A stretch of 63,361 nucleotides of DNA, taken from a virus. Taxonomy: Duplodnaviria; Caudoviricetes. The stretch lies in IMG/VR virus record IMGVR_UViG_3300027974_000039, positions 1 through 63,361 of that record. One strand, written 5' to 3'. Position numbers and translations under genes: made by a program. Position 1 is the stretch's first letter, and every line of letters begins with the position of its first letter. Shown here one piece after another: positions 8,963 to 19,090 of this stretch. Below the pieces are notes generated by a model that was given only the letters and a program-made list of their open reading frames with translations, ran no database searches and had not been told where the DNA came from.

Positions 8963-9399
8963 TGGCAACCCGCCTGATTGTAACCGAAAATAACCCCCTA
9001 GTAGTAGTAAGAGCTTCTGGTGCCCCTGGAAGAACAATTATCAGCGGAGAAGGAAACCCAATAGATTCCCTTGGAGTCCCTGGGGATTTTTATTTTGACA
9101 CACTTACAACAAGATTTTGGGGTCCAAAGTCTGCATTGTCTGACGAATGGAATATTGAAGAGAGTTTTATCTTAGATAAACAAATTTCTTATATGTATTC
9201 TTGGGAAATGGCTCAAGTTACTGGACCAATACAGGGTATATATTCTGTGTCAATAAATCACAATTTGCAGTTCCACCCCAACGTATCAGTCAAGTCAAGC
9301 TCTGGAGACTTGTTAGAAACTGGAATAGACTATAATAGTATTAACCAAATAACATTGACAATGGCTCAGCCATTTTCGGGGACAGCATACCTGTCCTAA
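8962..9399 (+). CDS. Virion structural/fibre-associated protein
   Basis: G.PGDFYFD...WGPK and INHNL.FHPNVSV...FSGTAYLS fibre-type motifs. Confidence 0.65.
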   Translation: MATRLIVTENNPLVVVRASGAPGRTIISGEGNPIDSLGVPGDFYFDTLTTRFWGPKSALSDEWNIEESFILDKQISYMYSWEMAQVTGPIQGIYSVSINHNLQFHPNVSVKSSSGDLLETGIDYNSINQITLTMAQPFSGTAYLS

Positions 9400-9413
9400 A
9401 AAGGAGATAAAAA

Positions 9414-10385
9414 ATGGCAAGAAAATTTTTAGTTAGCATTGATCTTAACAAAAATGAGTTACTCAATGCTAGAATTCAAAACTTAGGCGCAGCGCCTTCC
9501 AGTCCAGTATCAGGTCAGGTTTACTACAATACTGGCGATAATATTCTATATTTCTGGAATGGTACCGAGTGGATATCCACATCTGGTTCTCTAGAAGTAA
9601 TTACAGACGCAATTGGGTCATATGTAGAAGGCGGAATTGGTTTAACAAAAGTATTTAATGATAGTACAAATGTAACAACAATAGATTTAGATAATACCGC
9701 AGTAACAGCTGGAACATATGGATCAATAACAAAAGTACCAACATTTACAGTTGATCAGCAAGGTAGACTTACAAGCGCAAGCGAAGCAAATTTAGTAATT
9801 CCACTTAGCACACAAACAACTGGAGACTATGTTGCAACAATTGTTGGAACACCAAATGAAGTTACAGTTTCTCCAAATAGTGGACATAATGCAGCAGTCA
9901 CAATTGGATTACCAGATGATGTTGAAATTACTGGAAACTTACAAGTTGGCGGAAACTTAAATGTAATTGGAACAGTTAACTCTGTAAATACAACACAGAT
10001 TAATATAGAAGATAATAAGGTAAAACTTAATAGCAAATTTACTGGTGCGCCTACAACAGACGCAGGAATTGTTGTTGAACGTGGAACAGAAACAGATGTT
10101 GAAATTTTATGGAATGAAACATCAGATAAATGGACATTAACAAATAACGGAACTAATTACCATGCAATTGCTAGAAAATATGCAGAAACACTTGGTTCAT
10201 CAGCAACATCTTATACAGTTACACATAATCTTGCAACAACAGATGTAACTGTTCAAATATTTGAAGCAGCTACGCCGTTTGCTCAGGTTGAAGCAGATGT
10301 TCAAAGATCAACTGCAAATGCTGTAGTAATTAACTTTGCTTCTGCACCAGCTGCTGGAGAATATAGAGTAGTTGTAGTAGGCTAA
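9414..10385 (+). CDS. Fibre-like structural protein
   Basis: GQVYYNT, VTAGTYGS...TVDQQGRLT, VTHNL motifs; AGGAG SD. Confidence 0.7.
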   Translation: MARKFLVSIDLNKNELLNARIQNLGAAPSSPVSGQVYYNTGDNILYFWNGTEWISTSGSLEVITDAIGSYVEGGIGLTKVFNDSTNVTTIDLDNTAVTAGTYGSITKVPTFTVDQQGRLTSASEANLVIPLSTQTTGDYVATIVGTPNEVTVSPNSGHNAAVTIGLPDDVEITGNLQVGGNLNVIGTVNSVNTTQINIEDNKVKLNSKFTGAPTTDAGIVVERGTETDVEILWNETSDKWTLTNNGTNYHAIARKYAETLGSSATSYTVTHNLATTDVTVQIFEAATPFAQVEADVQRSTANAVVINFASAPAAGEYRVVVVG

Positions 10386-10387
10386 CA

Positions 10388-10843
10388 ATGTCAAGACAAA
10401 TGCTAGTACCACTAAAACTGTTAGCTTTGTCAGCAGACCCAGAGTTTGGACAGGTTGGCGAAATTTATATAAACACAAACACCAAAAATTTGCGTGTTCA
10501 TAATGGAACAACATGGATAGAACTTACTCCACCAAGTACTGACCCAACTCCATTTTATATGCATACCCATACTTTTGATGGTGATGTACATACAATTGAC
10601 ATTCAAAATCAAATTGATTTTAAATCAATGTCAAACCCAAATACACCAAATTTAGTTCTACCACAAATAGTAGGTTATGATGGCGGAGATCCTAATAATA
10701 ATTTATCTAATCCTACATTTGTTAATGAAAATTTATTTGATGCAGGGTTTTTTGATGGATCAGAAGTAGTAATAGATACAGAAGCAGGGGGAGGCGGCTC
10801 AGCAGATTTTGATGCGCCATCGCTTGACGGAGGAGGATCATAA
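10388..10843 (+). CDS. Fibre-associated hypothetical protein
   Basis: GEIYINT...NGTTW motif; acidic DGG-rich C-terminus. Confidence 0.6.
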   Translation: MSRQMLVPLKLLALSADPEFGQVGEIYINTNTKNLRVHNGTTWIELTPPSTDPTPFYMHTHTFDGDVHTIDIQNQIDFKSMSNPNTPNLVLPQIVGYDGGDPNNNLSNPTFVNENLFDAGFFDGSEVVIDTEAGGGGSADFDAPSLDGGGS

Positions 10844-12387
10844 TGGCATTAAAAATTCAATTAAGAAGAGATATATCAGCAAACTGGACAGCAAACAATC
10901 CATTACTTTTGAATGGTGAAGTTGGTATTGAAACAGATACACTTAAGCTTAAAGTTGGTAATGGTACACAAAGATGGAATAGTTTGCCAGGATATATTTT
11001 AAATCCAGGGATGCCAGGAGGAGTTGCAACACTTGATAGCCTTGGCAAAGTGCCATTATCACAATTACCAGATCAAGTTTCGTTAGATGCAGAAGCTGCA
11101 ATAGCAGTTTCTAATGCAATAGGAGTACTAACAACTTCAAGTATTGCTGAAGGAATAAATAAATATTTTACAAACAATAGAGCAATTACTGCTGTAGAAG
11201 GTTTGTTTGATTCAAAAGGATCAGCTACACAAGCTTTATCATCTGCTAATGCTCACACAGCAGCAAAATTTACTGATGCAATTAATGAATCAACTGCAAT
11301 TGCAACTACTAAAGCAAATCAAGCACTTTCTTTAGCTAATCAAAATTCAGAACAATTTACAAATACAGCAATTAATCTTCTTACAACATCTGATATAGAA
11401 GAAGGCTCAAGACTTTATTTTACTACGCCAAGAGTAGAAAATATTGTTGGCCCACTTATTTCACAAACAAGATCATATGTAGATCAAGAAGTTACTGAAG
11501 CTAAAACATATGTAGATTCCGCTTTAACAAATTTTACTGCACCATCTGCAATTTCATCAACATCTGAATTGCCAGAAGGATCTAATTTATACTTTACTAA
11601 TTCAAGAGCAATTACTGCAACAGCTGCTGTAAGAACAGCGCAACTAGGTGCAGCACTTGGAGCAGTAGATGATTTAAGAACTGAAATTCAAAATGATTTA
11701 ACTAATTATGTACCATTATCTGATATTAATGTTTCTGGAGGAGTAGCTGGTTTAGATTCAAATACTAAAATTCAAGATAATGTAATACCATCTACAATTG
11801 CAAGAACCTCAGATATAACAGCTGCTATAGCTAACGTTGTAGCTGCAGCACCAGCCTCGTTTGACACACTTAAAGAAATTTCTGATTATATTGCTGCAGA
11901 CCAAACAGCATCTTCTGCTATAACAACTTCGCTTGGAACAAAATTAAATATAACTACGGCAGCATCAACTTATGCACCTAAAATTTCTCCAACATTTACT
12001 GGTACTGTTACAATGCCATCAGGAGCAATAATACCTGGTTATGCTACAACAGTTAACTTAACAACAGCTCTTACAGAAGCAAAAACATATACCGATACGG
12101 CTGTAAACGGAATAAATAACTCTCTTGGAGATTATGCACTTATATCAGACAGAAATATTGCAGGTGGTTATGCAGGACTTGGTTCAGACAGCAAGATACT
12201 AGAGTCTGCAATTCCAACCGCAATAACAACATCAATTGCAGCAGCCGCAACTCTTGCAGCATCAAACATTAATGGAACTTACACTAACGGAAGTTCTTCT
12301 TCTAATATAAACAAAATTACATATGGCACAAACATTACCCCTCCTTCAAGTGGAAATGCTGCTGGAGATATTTACATCCAATACTAA
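10843..12387 (+). CDS. Fibre protein with Mtd_N-like N-terminal domain
   Basis: IQLRR...W...NP.L..GEVGIETDT.KLKVGNG...WNSL; three EG.N/R.YFT repeats; DTLKEI and SPTFTGT fibre repeats; GDIYIQY end. Confidence 0.8.
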   Translation: MALKIQLRRDISANWTANNPLLLNGEVGIETDTLKLKVGNGTQRWNSLPGYILNPGMPGGVATLDSLGKVPLSQLPDQVSLDAEAAIAVSNAIGVLTTSSIAEGINKYFTNNRAITAVEGLFDSKGSATQALSSANAHTAAKFTDAINESTAIATTKANQALSLANQNSEQFTNTAINLLTTSDIEEGSRLYFTTPRVENIVGPLISQTRSYVDQEVTEAKTYVDSALTNFTAPSAISSTSELPEGSNLYFTNSRAITATAAVRTAQLGAALGAVDDLRTEIQNDLTNYVPLSDINVSGGVAGLDSNTKIQDNVIPSTIARTSDITAAIANVVAAAPASFDTLKEISDYIAADQTASSAITTSLGTKLNITTAASTYAPKISPTFTGTVTMPSGAIIPGYATTVNLTTALTEAKTYTDTAVNGINNSLGDYALISDRNIAGGYAGLGSDSKILESAIPTAITTSIAAAATLAASNINGTYTNGSSSSNINKITYGTNITPPSSGNAAGDIYIQY

Positions 12388-12399
12388 AAGGAGCCTGAA

Positions 12400-15300
12400 A
12401 TGCCGCTAAACATTTTTGATGGTTCTAATTGGAACCCACTCAAAAAAATACAAATTCATGATGGTTCATCATGGAATGAATCAAAGTCGGCATTTATATG
12501 GAATGGATCTGAATGGAAATCATTACTAGATTTAAAACCAAAAAATACATCTTTACCAACATTATCTATACAAGGTAACGCATTTTTTTATTCTGCACAA
12601 GAAACAGTTATATCAACCAATGGGCAATGGGAAAATTCACCTACATCATTTGAGTATCAATGGCAAAAAGCTGCTTATCCTACATCTAATTGGTCAAATA
12701 TACTTGACAAAACATCTAGTACTTTATTTTTAAATGAAGATGAATGGGATTTAAATCAATCTTTAAAGTATGTTGGATATGCTGTTAGATGCAAAGTTAC
12801 AGCAATAAATTCTGCTGGAAAAAATTCTGAAGATGTTTACACACTTTCTAGCCCAGTAATTGCGCCAGCTCCATTAGGAGAAATTAGCGTAAATGTAGTT
12901 TCAAACGGAATTGTCGAATTTACTTGGCAAAAAGTAAAAGGCGCCAATGATTACTATATGCAATATCAAGGACCCCAAGTTCCATTTACTGAAATTATGA
13001 GCATGGTAAATAATACAGATGCTTCAAAGGGAGTATATTCTATACAAGGAACAACATGTAAATTTACTATTGATACTGGTTCAGCAGCTGGAACACTTGG
13101 AATTTTAATAAATCCAATGAATACATCAAATGCTTCTGGTATGTCATTAAGTGGATATGGTAGAAATGCATCAGTAATGGATCTAAAACCAATTAAAGCT
13201 ACAGTAACAGCAACAATGACATCGTTTAGTTGGGGCGGAAGACTAAGTTGGTCTACAAATTTAATACAACAAACTGGCTGGACAATATATAATGAAGGAC
13301 AGCTATACGCAGGATCATTCATGAATGACCCACTAGCAACGTCTTATGATATAAGTGAACTTGGTGTAGGCGGATCAAAATTTGGAGCATTTACAGTACA
13401 AATTACTGGAACAGCACCTAGATATACAGAAACTTCATGGACTTCTTCTCCATCTCTATCTATTGAATATCCAACAGTTCCATTGCCAGTTAATGAAGGT
13501 GCTCCAACAGTTTCTTTAAATGGAAGAACAGTAACTTCAACAAATGGTACATGGACAAATCAAAATTCTATCTATAATTATCTTATTGAATGGTATTCTA
13601 ATGGAGTACCAATGACGTTTGGTGTTGGACAATCAGTAGATTTTAGTACTAACACATCTTATGATAATACTCAAATATCATCTTCTGTTCAAATTTTAAC
13701 TACTGATTTAAGATTGACAGAAAAAATATATAGCAGCAATTCTGTAACAATGCTACCTTCAGCTGCACTTTGTGATACTGCAGCAAAATGTTTAACTCCA
13801 GCATGTCAAGCTTGTGTACGTACATACAACATAAATACAAATGTTGCTACTAGCGTTTGTCCATCTGGAACAATGATTCAACAAGTTTGTATAACTCCAG
13901 GAGTTTGTGACAATAGAACTACAGATGTTGGTTGTGTACCAGTAGGAACAGAATGGTATTGTACTGAATCATATAATGGCGGAGGAATTGGCAATTGTGG
14001 ATATACCTTATCTTCATTTAATAATTCTGGGTCTGGTTCTGGATATTCAAGATCATGTGTTGCTGGTGGTCCATATCCAGCATGTGGATCTACTGGTCCT
14101 GCTACTTCAGTAACTTATTATATTGGATCTTCTGGATGTGATTTTCAAAATGGCACATATTACATGCCTCCATCAGTAAGCGGTCCATTTACTAATGCAA
14201 CTATGCCTGGAGATTATGATAGCATTGGAAGTAGAACTTTTTCTAAATTTGTATATAGAGCAACATCAGCAGAAGCATTAGCAGCAGTACAACAAGCAGC
14301 TTGTACGCCAGCAACTCCACCAGCAACTCCACCAGCAACTCCACCAACAACAGTTATTTGTCAAAATGGAGTTAATTGTAATGAAGCAGCTTGTCAAACT
14401 TGTGGACCATCAAGTTATACTAGTACCAGACCATCATCTGCTTGTCCATCTGGTATAACAAACACTTATGTCTGTTATACTCCAGGCTCTTGTGACAATA
14501 TAACTACAGATACTACTTGTGTAGCACCAACAAGTATTTGGTACTGCACCGAAAGCTATAATGGTGGTGGGGTCGGCAACTGCGGATATACAACATCAGC
14601 ATTTGATAATTCTGCATCTGGATCTGGATACTCACGTTCTTGCAATACTACTGGATACATATCTTGTGGATCTACCAATCCTTCAACTCCGCCTGCTACC
14701 CCACCTTCAACTCCACCAGTCGTAGATTGTACTTCATGTTCCCCAACACAAAGTTATGATAGCACCAGACCAAACGCAGCTTGTCCTTCTGGAACAGAAA
14801 ATTATCATGTTTGTTGGACTCCAGGAAATTGTGAAAATATAATTACAGCAACTGGTTGCGTACCTGTTGCAACTCCACCAGCAACTCCACCTTCAACTCC
14901 ACCAGTCGTAGATTGTAGTTCATGTTCTCCAACACAAAGTTATTCAAGCACAAGACCAGTAGAAACTTACATCTGTCCTTCTGGAATAGAAAACACATAT
15001 GTTTGCTGGACTCCGTCAGGTTGTCCAAATATAGTTACAAGCACTGGCTGTGTTCCAGCATCCACACCACCAGCAACTCCGCCTGCTACTCCACCTGCAA
15101 CCCCACCTACTTACGATTGTAATACATGTAATAGTTATGGCGGAGCTTGTGGAACTTATGGAAATGGAACTTGGTGTATAACACCAGGATCTTGTCCAAA
15201 TATATGTCAAGGCGATCATCCAGATTATTTTGCTCCACCGTTCTTCCCACCGAGCTTCTTTGCTCCACCGTTCTTCCCACCGAGCTTCTTTGCTCCACCC

Positions 15301-15828
15301 ATGTTCTGGTTTGCTCCACCGTTCTTCCCACCGAGCTTCTTTGCTCCACCAGGATTTAAGGGCAAGTGTCTATCACCAGACTCAGTAATATTTACTAATA
15401 TTGGTTGGGTAAAAGCAAAAGACATTAAGCCTGGAGATAATATTATTACAATTAATGGAAATGATATTGACATTGAATCCGTAACTTTAAACAAAACATC
15501 TAAACCGCTCCCAACAAATGTTGAATTTTCAAATTCACAAGTTGTTTCAGTAGAAACAAAGCTTTCAACATTAATAGGATTTAATTACAGAGGAAAAGAT
15601 TACTCAATTACTCAGCCAATATTTGTAAAAACCCCAGAAGGAATTACTTATAAAAATGCTGGAGATATCAAAGTTGGAGACGCAATAATTAGCGTTGATT
15701 CTCAAGGAGAAATTTCTGAAATTATAGTAGATTCAATTCAAATTGATGATTTAGAGTCTACAGTTTATGATATTAGAACTTCACCAGAACCTTGGTTTAT
15801 TGTAAATTCAACTATAGCTATAGCTTAA
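12400..15828 (+). CDS. Large adhesin/fibre protein: Ig-like domains, Cys-rich repeats, TPPA linkers, PPFF repeats, C-terminal Hint domain
   Basis: P.N...P...G.W...YQW Ig-like motifs; repeated CPSG/TPG.C modules; Hint from Cys990 (CLSPDSVIFT..GW..AKDIKPGD ... VYDI). Confidence 0.8.
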   Translation: MPLNIFDGSNWNPLKKIQIHDGSSWNESKSAFIWNGSEWKSLLDLKPKNTSLPTLSIQGNAFFYSAQETVISTNGQWENSPTSFEYQWQKAAYPTSNWSNILDKTSSTLFLNEDEWDLNQSLKYVGYAVRCKVTAINSAGKNSEDVYTLSSPVIAPAPLGEISVNVVSNGIVEFTWQKVKGANDYYMQYQGPQVPFTEIMSMVNNTDASKGVYSIQGTTCKFTIDTGSAAGTLGILINPMNTSNASGMSLSGYGRNASVMDLKPIKATVTATMTSFSWGGRLSWSTNLIQQTGWTIYNEGQLYAGSFMNDPLATSYDISELGVGGSKFGAFTVQITGTAPRYTETSWTSSPSLSIEYPTVPLPVNEGAPTVSLNGRTVTSTNGTWTNQNSIYNYLIEWYSNGVPMTFGVGQSVDFSTNTSYDNTQISSSVQILTTDLRLTEKIYSSNSVTMLPSAALCDTAAKCLTPACQACVRTYNINTNVATSVCPSGTMIQQVCITPGVCDNRTTDVGCVPVGTEWYCTESYNGGGIGNCGYTLSSFNNSGSGSGYSRSCVAGGPYPACGSTGPATSVTYYIGSSGCDFQNGTYYMPPSVSGPFTNATMPGDYDSIGSRTFSKFVYRATSAEALAAVQQAACTPATPPATPPATPPTTVICQNGVNCNEAACQTCGPSSYTSTRPSSACPSGITNTYVCYTPGSCDNITTDTTCVAPTSIWYCTESYNGGGVGNCGYTTSAFDNSASGSGYSRSCNTTGYISCGSTNPSTPPATPPSTPPVVDCTSCSPTQSYDSTRPNAACPSGTENYHVCWTPGNCENIITATGCVPVATPPATPPSTPPVVDCSSCSPTQSYSSTRPVETYICPSGIENTYVCWTPSGCPNIVTSTGCVPASTPPATPPATPPATPPTYDCNTCNSYGGACGTYGNGTWCITPGSCPNICQGDHPDYFAPPFFPPSFFAPPFFPPSFFAPPMFWFAPPFFPPSFFAPPGFKGKCLSPDSVIFTNIGWVKAKDIKPGDNIITINGNDIDIESVTLNKTSKPLPTNVEFSNSQVVSVETKLSTLIGFNYRGKDYSITQPIFVKTPEGITYKNAGDIKVGDAIISVDSQGEISEIIVDSIQIDDLESTVYDIRTSPEPWFIVNSTIAIA
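15226..15357 (+). repeat. Pro/Phe coding tandem repeat (PPFF and PPSFFA units), copy 1
   Basis: CCACCGTTCTTC and CCACCGAGCTTCTTTGCT units. Confidence 0.95.
15564..15665 (+). repeat. 102-bp exact direct repeat, copy 1 (within Hint domain)
   Basis: Identical to 22587-22688 by manual comparison. Confidence 0.9.
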
Positions 15829-15864
15829 TAATTATGCTATAATTTATAAAAAAGGAGATTAATA

Positions 15865-16095
15865 ATGCTTGATAATAAAGATTTTGACGGGGAAGTATTT
15901 ATGGTCCTTGTCGATGGAGAATATGCTGGGTGGTTTAGCGTACCTAAAGGAAATTTAGAAACAGAAATATTAAGATCTGGTTTATCTAGTAATCCAACAA
16001 TAGTAAATTTTACCGATTTGCCAATAAGCGTATCGGATTTTCCAGCACAAGCAGAGGGCTGGAAATGGGACGGTACATCATTTAAGAAGGATTAA
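15865..16095 (+). CDS. Small fibre-associated hypothetical protein
   Basis: AGGAG SD; C-terminal GWKWDGTSF motif common in small fibre-linked phage proteins. Confidence 0.65.
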   Translation: MLDNKDFDGEVFMVLVDGEYAGWFSVPKGNLETEILRSGLSSNPTIVNFTDLPISVSDFPAQAEGWKWDGTSFKKD

Positions 16096-16097
16096 AT

Positions 16098-16337
16098 ATG
16101 ACTTCAAGATGGCAAACAATAAAAGCAAATTTAGTTGATCCAAATGCAGTGAAACCTTGGGATATGTTAAACCCAAATACTGAATGGACAACAGATGAAA
16201 AAAAAGAAGAACGATATAGCATTTGTAAAGGATGCCCTGAATTTATATCAGCTACAACACAATGCAAGCAATGTGGCTGTATAATGAAAATTAAAACAGG
16301 AATGGAAAAAGCAGTCTGTCCTTTGGGCAAATGGTAA
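16098..16337 (+). CDS. Cys-rich DUF6171-like protein
   Basis: R..ICKGCP...CKQCGC.M..K......CPLGKW. Confidence 0.75.
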   Translation: MTSRWQTIKANLVDPNAVKPWDMLNPNTEWTTDEKKEERYSICKGCPEFISATTQCKQCGCIMKIKTGMEKAVCPLGKW

Positions 16338-16342
16338 AATAA

Positions 16343-17047
16343 ATGACTACTATCTTTGACCTTGAAAAACCAAATATTAGAATTATAAAAAACTTTTTAT
16401 CAAAAGAAGAATGTGATGAAATTTTAAAGGTTAAAGAAATGTCAGAAGTTTTATGGTCATTAGACTATGATCTTAATTATCCAAAAAAAGAAAATGTTGC
16501 GGGAAACCTTCAATACTCTGTATCTCAATGGGATGGAATGTGCATTAATATAACCCGTCCTGGATTTGCAGAAAGATATGGCATTAACCAAAAATATTAT
16601 GATTTATTGGCAGATAGAATGAAAATCCATATGGAAGAAAAATTTAATGTTACTGGATTACAAACAGAACAATATTTAATTAATAGATGGAGAATTGGAA
16701 GAGAACAGACCCCTCACCTTGATTATTTTTATGAAGAAGAACCTGACCATGACTATGAAAAACTTGCTAGACATAACATACCAAAATCCTTTTTAGATAC
16801 ATTTGGCCAGATGTTTCAAACAAAACATTATTCATCTTTGGTATACCTAAATGAAGATTACACTGGAGGCGAGCTTTATTTCCCAGAACACAACTTTATT
16901 ATAAAGCCAGAAGTTGGAACTTTAATATGTTTAAAGGGAGATGAGCACAGCTTGCATGGAGTCAAAAAAGTAGAGTCTGGAACTAGATATACGATATCAT
17001 TATTTTGGGAAGATTTAGAATATAAAAATAAAATTGGCGTCAAATAA
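16343..17047 (+). CDS. 2OG-Fe(II) oxygenase (prolyl 4-hydroxylase-like)
   Basis: NFLSKEECD, HLD, YLNEDYTGGEL, HGVKKV..GTRY. Confidence 0.9.
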   Translation: MTTIFDLEKPNIRIIKNFLSKEECDEILKVKEMSEVLWSLDYDLNYPKKENVAGNLQYSVSQWDGMCINITRPGFAERYGINQKYYDLLADRMKIHMEEKFNVTGLQTEQYLINRWRIGREQTPHLDYFYEEEPDHDYEKLARHNIPKSFLDTFGQMFQTKHYSSLVYLNEDYTGGELYFPEHNFIIKPEVGTLICLKGDEHSLHGVKKVESGTRYTISLFWEDLEYKNKIGVK

Positions 17048-17102
17048 ACTTTTGTAGGGTATAATTATCTAAGCAACATAATCACACATAGGGGGTAGTC
17101 AA

Positions 17103-17660
17103 TTGGCCACCAATTATCCAAACAGTATCGATCAGCTTGTTAATCCAAATGGTTCAGATACATTAGCATCACCATCTCATTCCCAACAGCACACCAATGC
17201 AAATGATGCTATTGAAGCATTAGAAACAAAAGTTGGCGTAAACGGTTCAACAGATCCATCATCACTTACATACAAAGTTTCAACTATTGAAACAGTATTG
17301 ACTGATCTAGGAAATAGCACAGATACAATCCAAGAGCTTTTAGGATTGGAAGGCAACAACGACCTTGCAGTTTATGGTATTGAGAATCCTACAAACGTAG
17401 ATTCCTTTGCAAAGAACACATGGAGAACTGCTAAGTATAACATTCAGGTGACAAAGGGTTCCGATGTGTATACATCAGAGATTCTTGTTTCTCACGATGG
17501 AACAAACATAATGGTTTCAGAAGCAAACATTATCTCAAACACAAACAACAACATATTTAGTTATACCTTTGAAGAAAACTCAGGTATAATTAGTCTAAGA
17601 GTCACCCCTGTTTCTGGTTCTATCTCAGTTAGATACGTCAGAACAGCGCTTAAAGCATAA
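17103..17660 (+). CDS. Virion structural protein
   Basis: MATNYP.SID...H...NDAIEALETKVG head motif; R.AKY.IQV..G...SEILV.HDG beta domain; TTG start. Confidence 0.7.
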   Translation: MATNYPNSIDQLVNPNGSDTLASPSHSQQHTNANDAIEALETKVGVNGSTDPSSLTYKVSTIETVLTDLGNSTDTIQELLGLEGNNDLAVYGIENPTNVDSFAKNTWRTAKYNIQVTKGSDVYTSEILVSHDGTNIMVSEANIISNTNNNIFSYTFEENSGIISLRVTPVSGSISVRYVRTALKA

Positions 17661-17689
17661 TAAAAAAAGCAACAAGAGGAGTCATATAA

Positions 17690-18601
17690 ATGGCAACAGT
17701 AACAAAAAACTTTAGAATTAAATCGGGCCTTATAGTTGAAGGTACTACAGGTACAATCAATGGCCAAAACATACTTACAGAAACAGGCGGGAATGCTTAT
17801 ATTCTCAATCTTGTTGGCGGTGCCACTCTTGTAAAATCTGTAGACGCAGGAACATTTGCAGTCGATGGTGCAGGCAATCTTACAGTAAAGCCTAATACAT
17901 TTGATGCATACGGATCCGCTTCAGCAGCTCAATCAGCAGCTATTGCAACAGCATCAGCAGACGCAACATCTAAGGCCAACGCAGCACGATCTGCAGCAGA
18001 AGCCACTGCATCAAGTGATGCAACAACAAAAGTAGCAGCAGAAGCTGCTCTTAGAGTATCAGGCGATGCAGCCTCAGTAGCGACAGCAGCAGCTGACGCA
18101 ACATCTAAGGTAGCAGCAGAAGCTGCTCTTAGAGTATCAGGCGATGCAGCCTCAGTAGCGACAGCAGCAGCTGACGCAACATCTAAGGCCAATGCAGCTC
18201 AGGCAGCAGCAGAAGTCACAGCAGCAAATGCTGTAAACGCATTAGCACAAGGAACTTCAAGATTCTCAGAAGTAAATATAAGCAACACAACTTCACAGAA
18301 AGCAACAAAGGCAACATTAACATCTGCTGGAAATGCAGTAGCTACAAGCTGGCTAAAAGCAGATTTCCCAACAGCTAAATTAATTGTTAAATTTGAAACT
18401 GCAACACATACTCAGGTTTCAGAAGTTCTTCTTTCATCAGATGCTTCAAACAACATAGCAATCACAGAGTATGCTTCAGTCGGTACAAATGGAGATCTGG
18501 GAACAACCTCAGCTTCATATGGACAAGGATACATCAATGTTGATGTTATCACAGTAAATCCAAATACTACAGTAACAGTAATGGCAACATTAATTAAGTA
18601 A
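17690..18601 (+). CDS. Fibre protein with Ala-rich coiled-coil stalk
   Basis: KNFRIKSGL N-terminus, AAADATSK repeats, C-terminal beta domain similar to that of the preceding gene. Confidence 0.75.
   Translation: MATVTKNFRIKSGLIVEGTTGTINGQNILTETGGNAYILNLVGGATLVKSVDAGTFAVDGAGNLTVKPNTFDAYGSASAAQSAAIATASADATSKANAARSAAEATASSDATTKVAAEAALRVSGDAASVATAAADATSKVAAEAALRVSGDAASVATAAADATSKANAAQAAAEVTAANAVNALAQGTSRFSEVNISNTTSQKATKATLTSAGNAVATSWLKADFPTAKLIVKFETATHTQVSEVLLSSDASNNIAITEYASVGTNGDLGTTSASYGQGYINVDVITVNPNTTVTVMATLIK
18032..18188 (+). repeat. 78-bp exact tandem duplication (26 aa)
   Basis: VAAEAALRVSGDAASVATAAADATSK twice; units start at 18032 and 18110. Confidence 0.9.
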
Positions 18602-18666
18602 TTAAATAAAAGGTATGGGGTCCTTCCAAAACCCCACAAAAACAATTAGGGGATATGTGAACTTAA

Positions 18667-19029
18667 ATGGCAACAGTAAATAAAAACTTTAAAGTAAAGA
18701 ACGGGTTAAACGTAGCAGGCACTGCAACGTTTGATTCTAATATTGTATTAGGAACAGCCCCACTATCTTTTGATGCAGCAACAAGTAGGCTACAAGTCCA
18801 GATCAATGGAACTTGGCAGCCTATAGCTTTGTATTCAGAAATTCCAAATGAGAACACAATGTTGTCATTTATGGATGTTGGACTAGCCATTGACTATAAT
18901 GGTCAGCCAACCTATATCATTCAGGCAAATGGAGTAACACCATCAGGAACAAGTAAATATGTTCTTGGAGGGGACCCTTCAACTACTGAATTTGGAATGA
19001 CTTTTGATTCAGGAGCATTAGTAGCATGA
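18667..19029 (+). CDS. Virion structural protein
   Basis: MATVNKNFKVKNGL N-terminus paralogous to that of 17690..18601. Confidence 0.7.
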   Translation: MATVNKNFKVKNGLNVAGTATFDSNIVLGTAPLSFDAATSRLQVQINGTWQPIALYSEIPNENTMLSFMDVGLAIDYNGQPTYIIQANGVTPSGTSKYVLGGDPSTTEFGMTFDSGALVA

Positions 19030-19090
19030 TGCTAAATTGTAATGGTTTAAATGCTATAATTTCAATATATCAAATTAAAGGGGTGGCATA

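Noticed and set aside
15107-15494. Alternative-frame and antisense ORFs with GGAKKLGGKN or VEQRSSVGRT repeats (also 22050-22411)
   Set aside because: They are shadows of the PPFF repeat, which lacks stops in other frames; no translation signals
15367-15828. Mobile splicing intein
   Set aside because: No C-extein, no terminal Asn, no homing endonuclease
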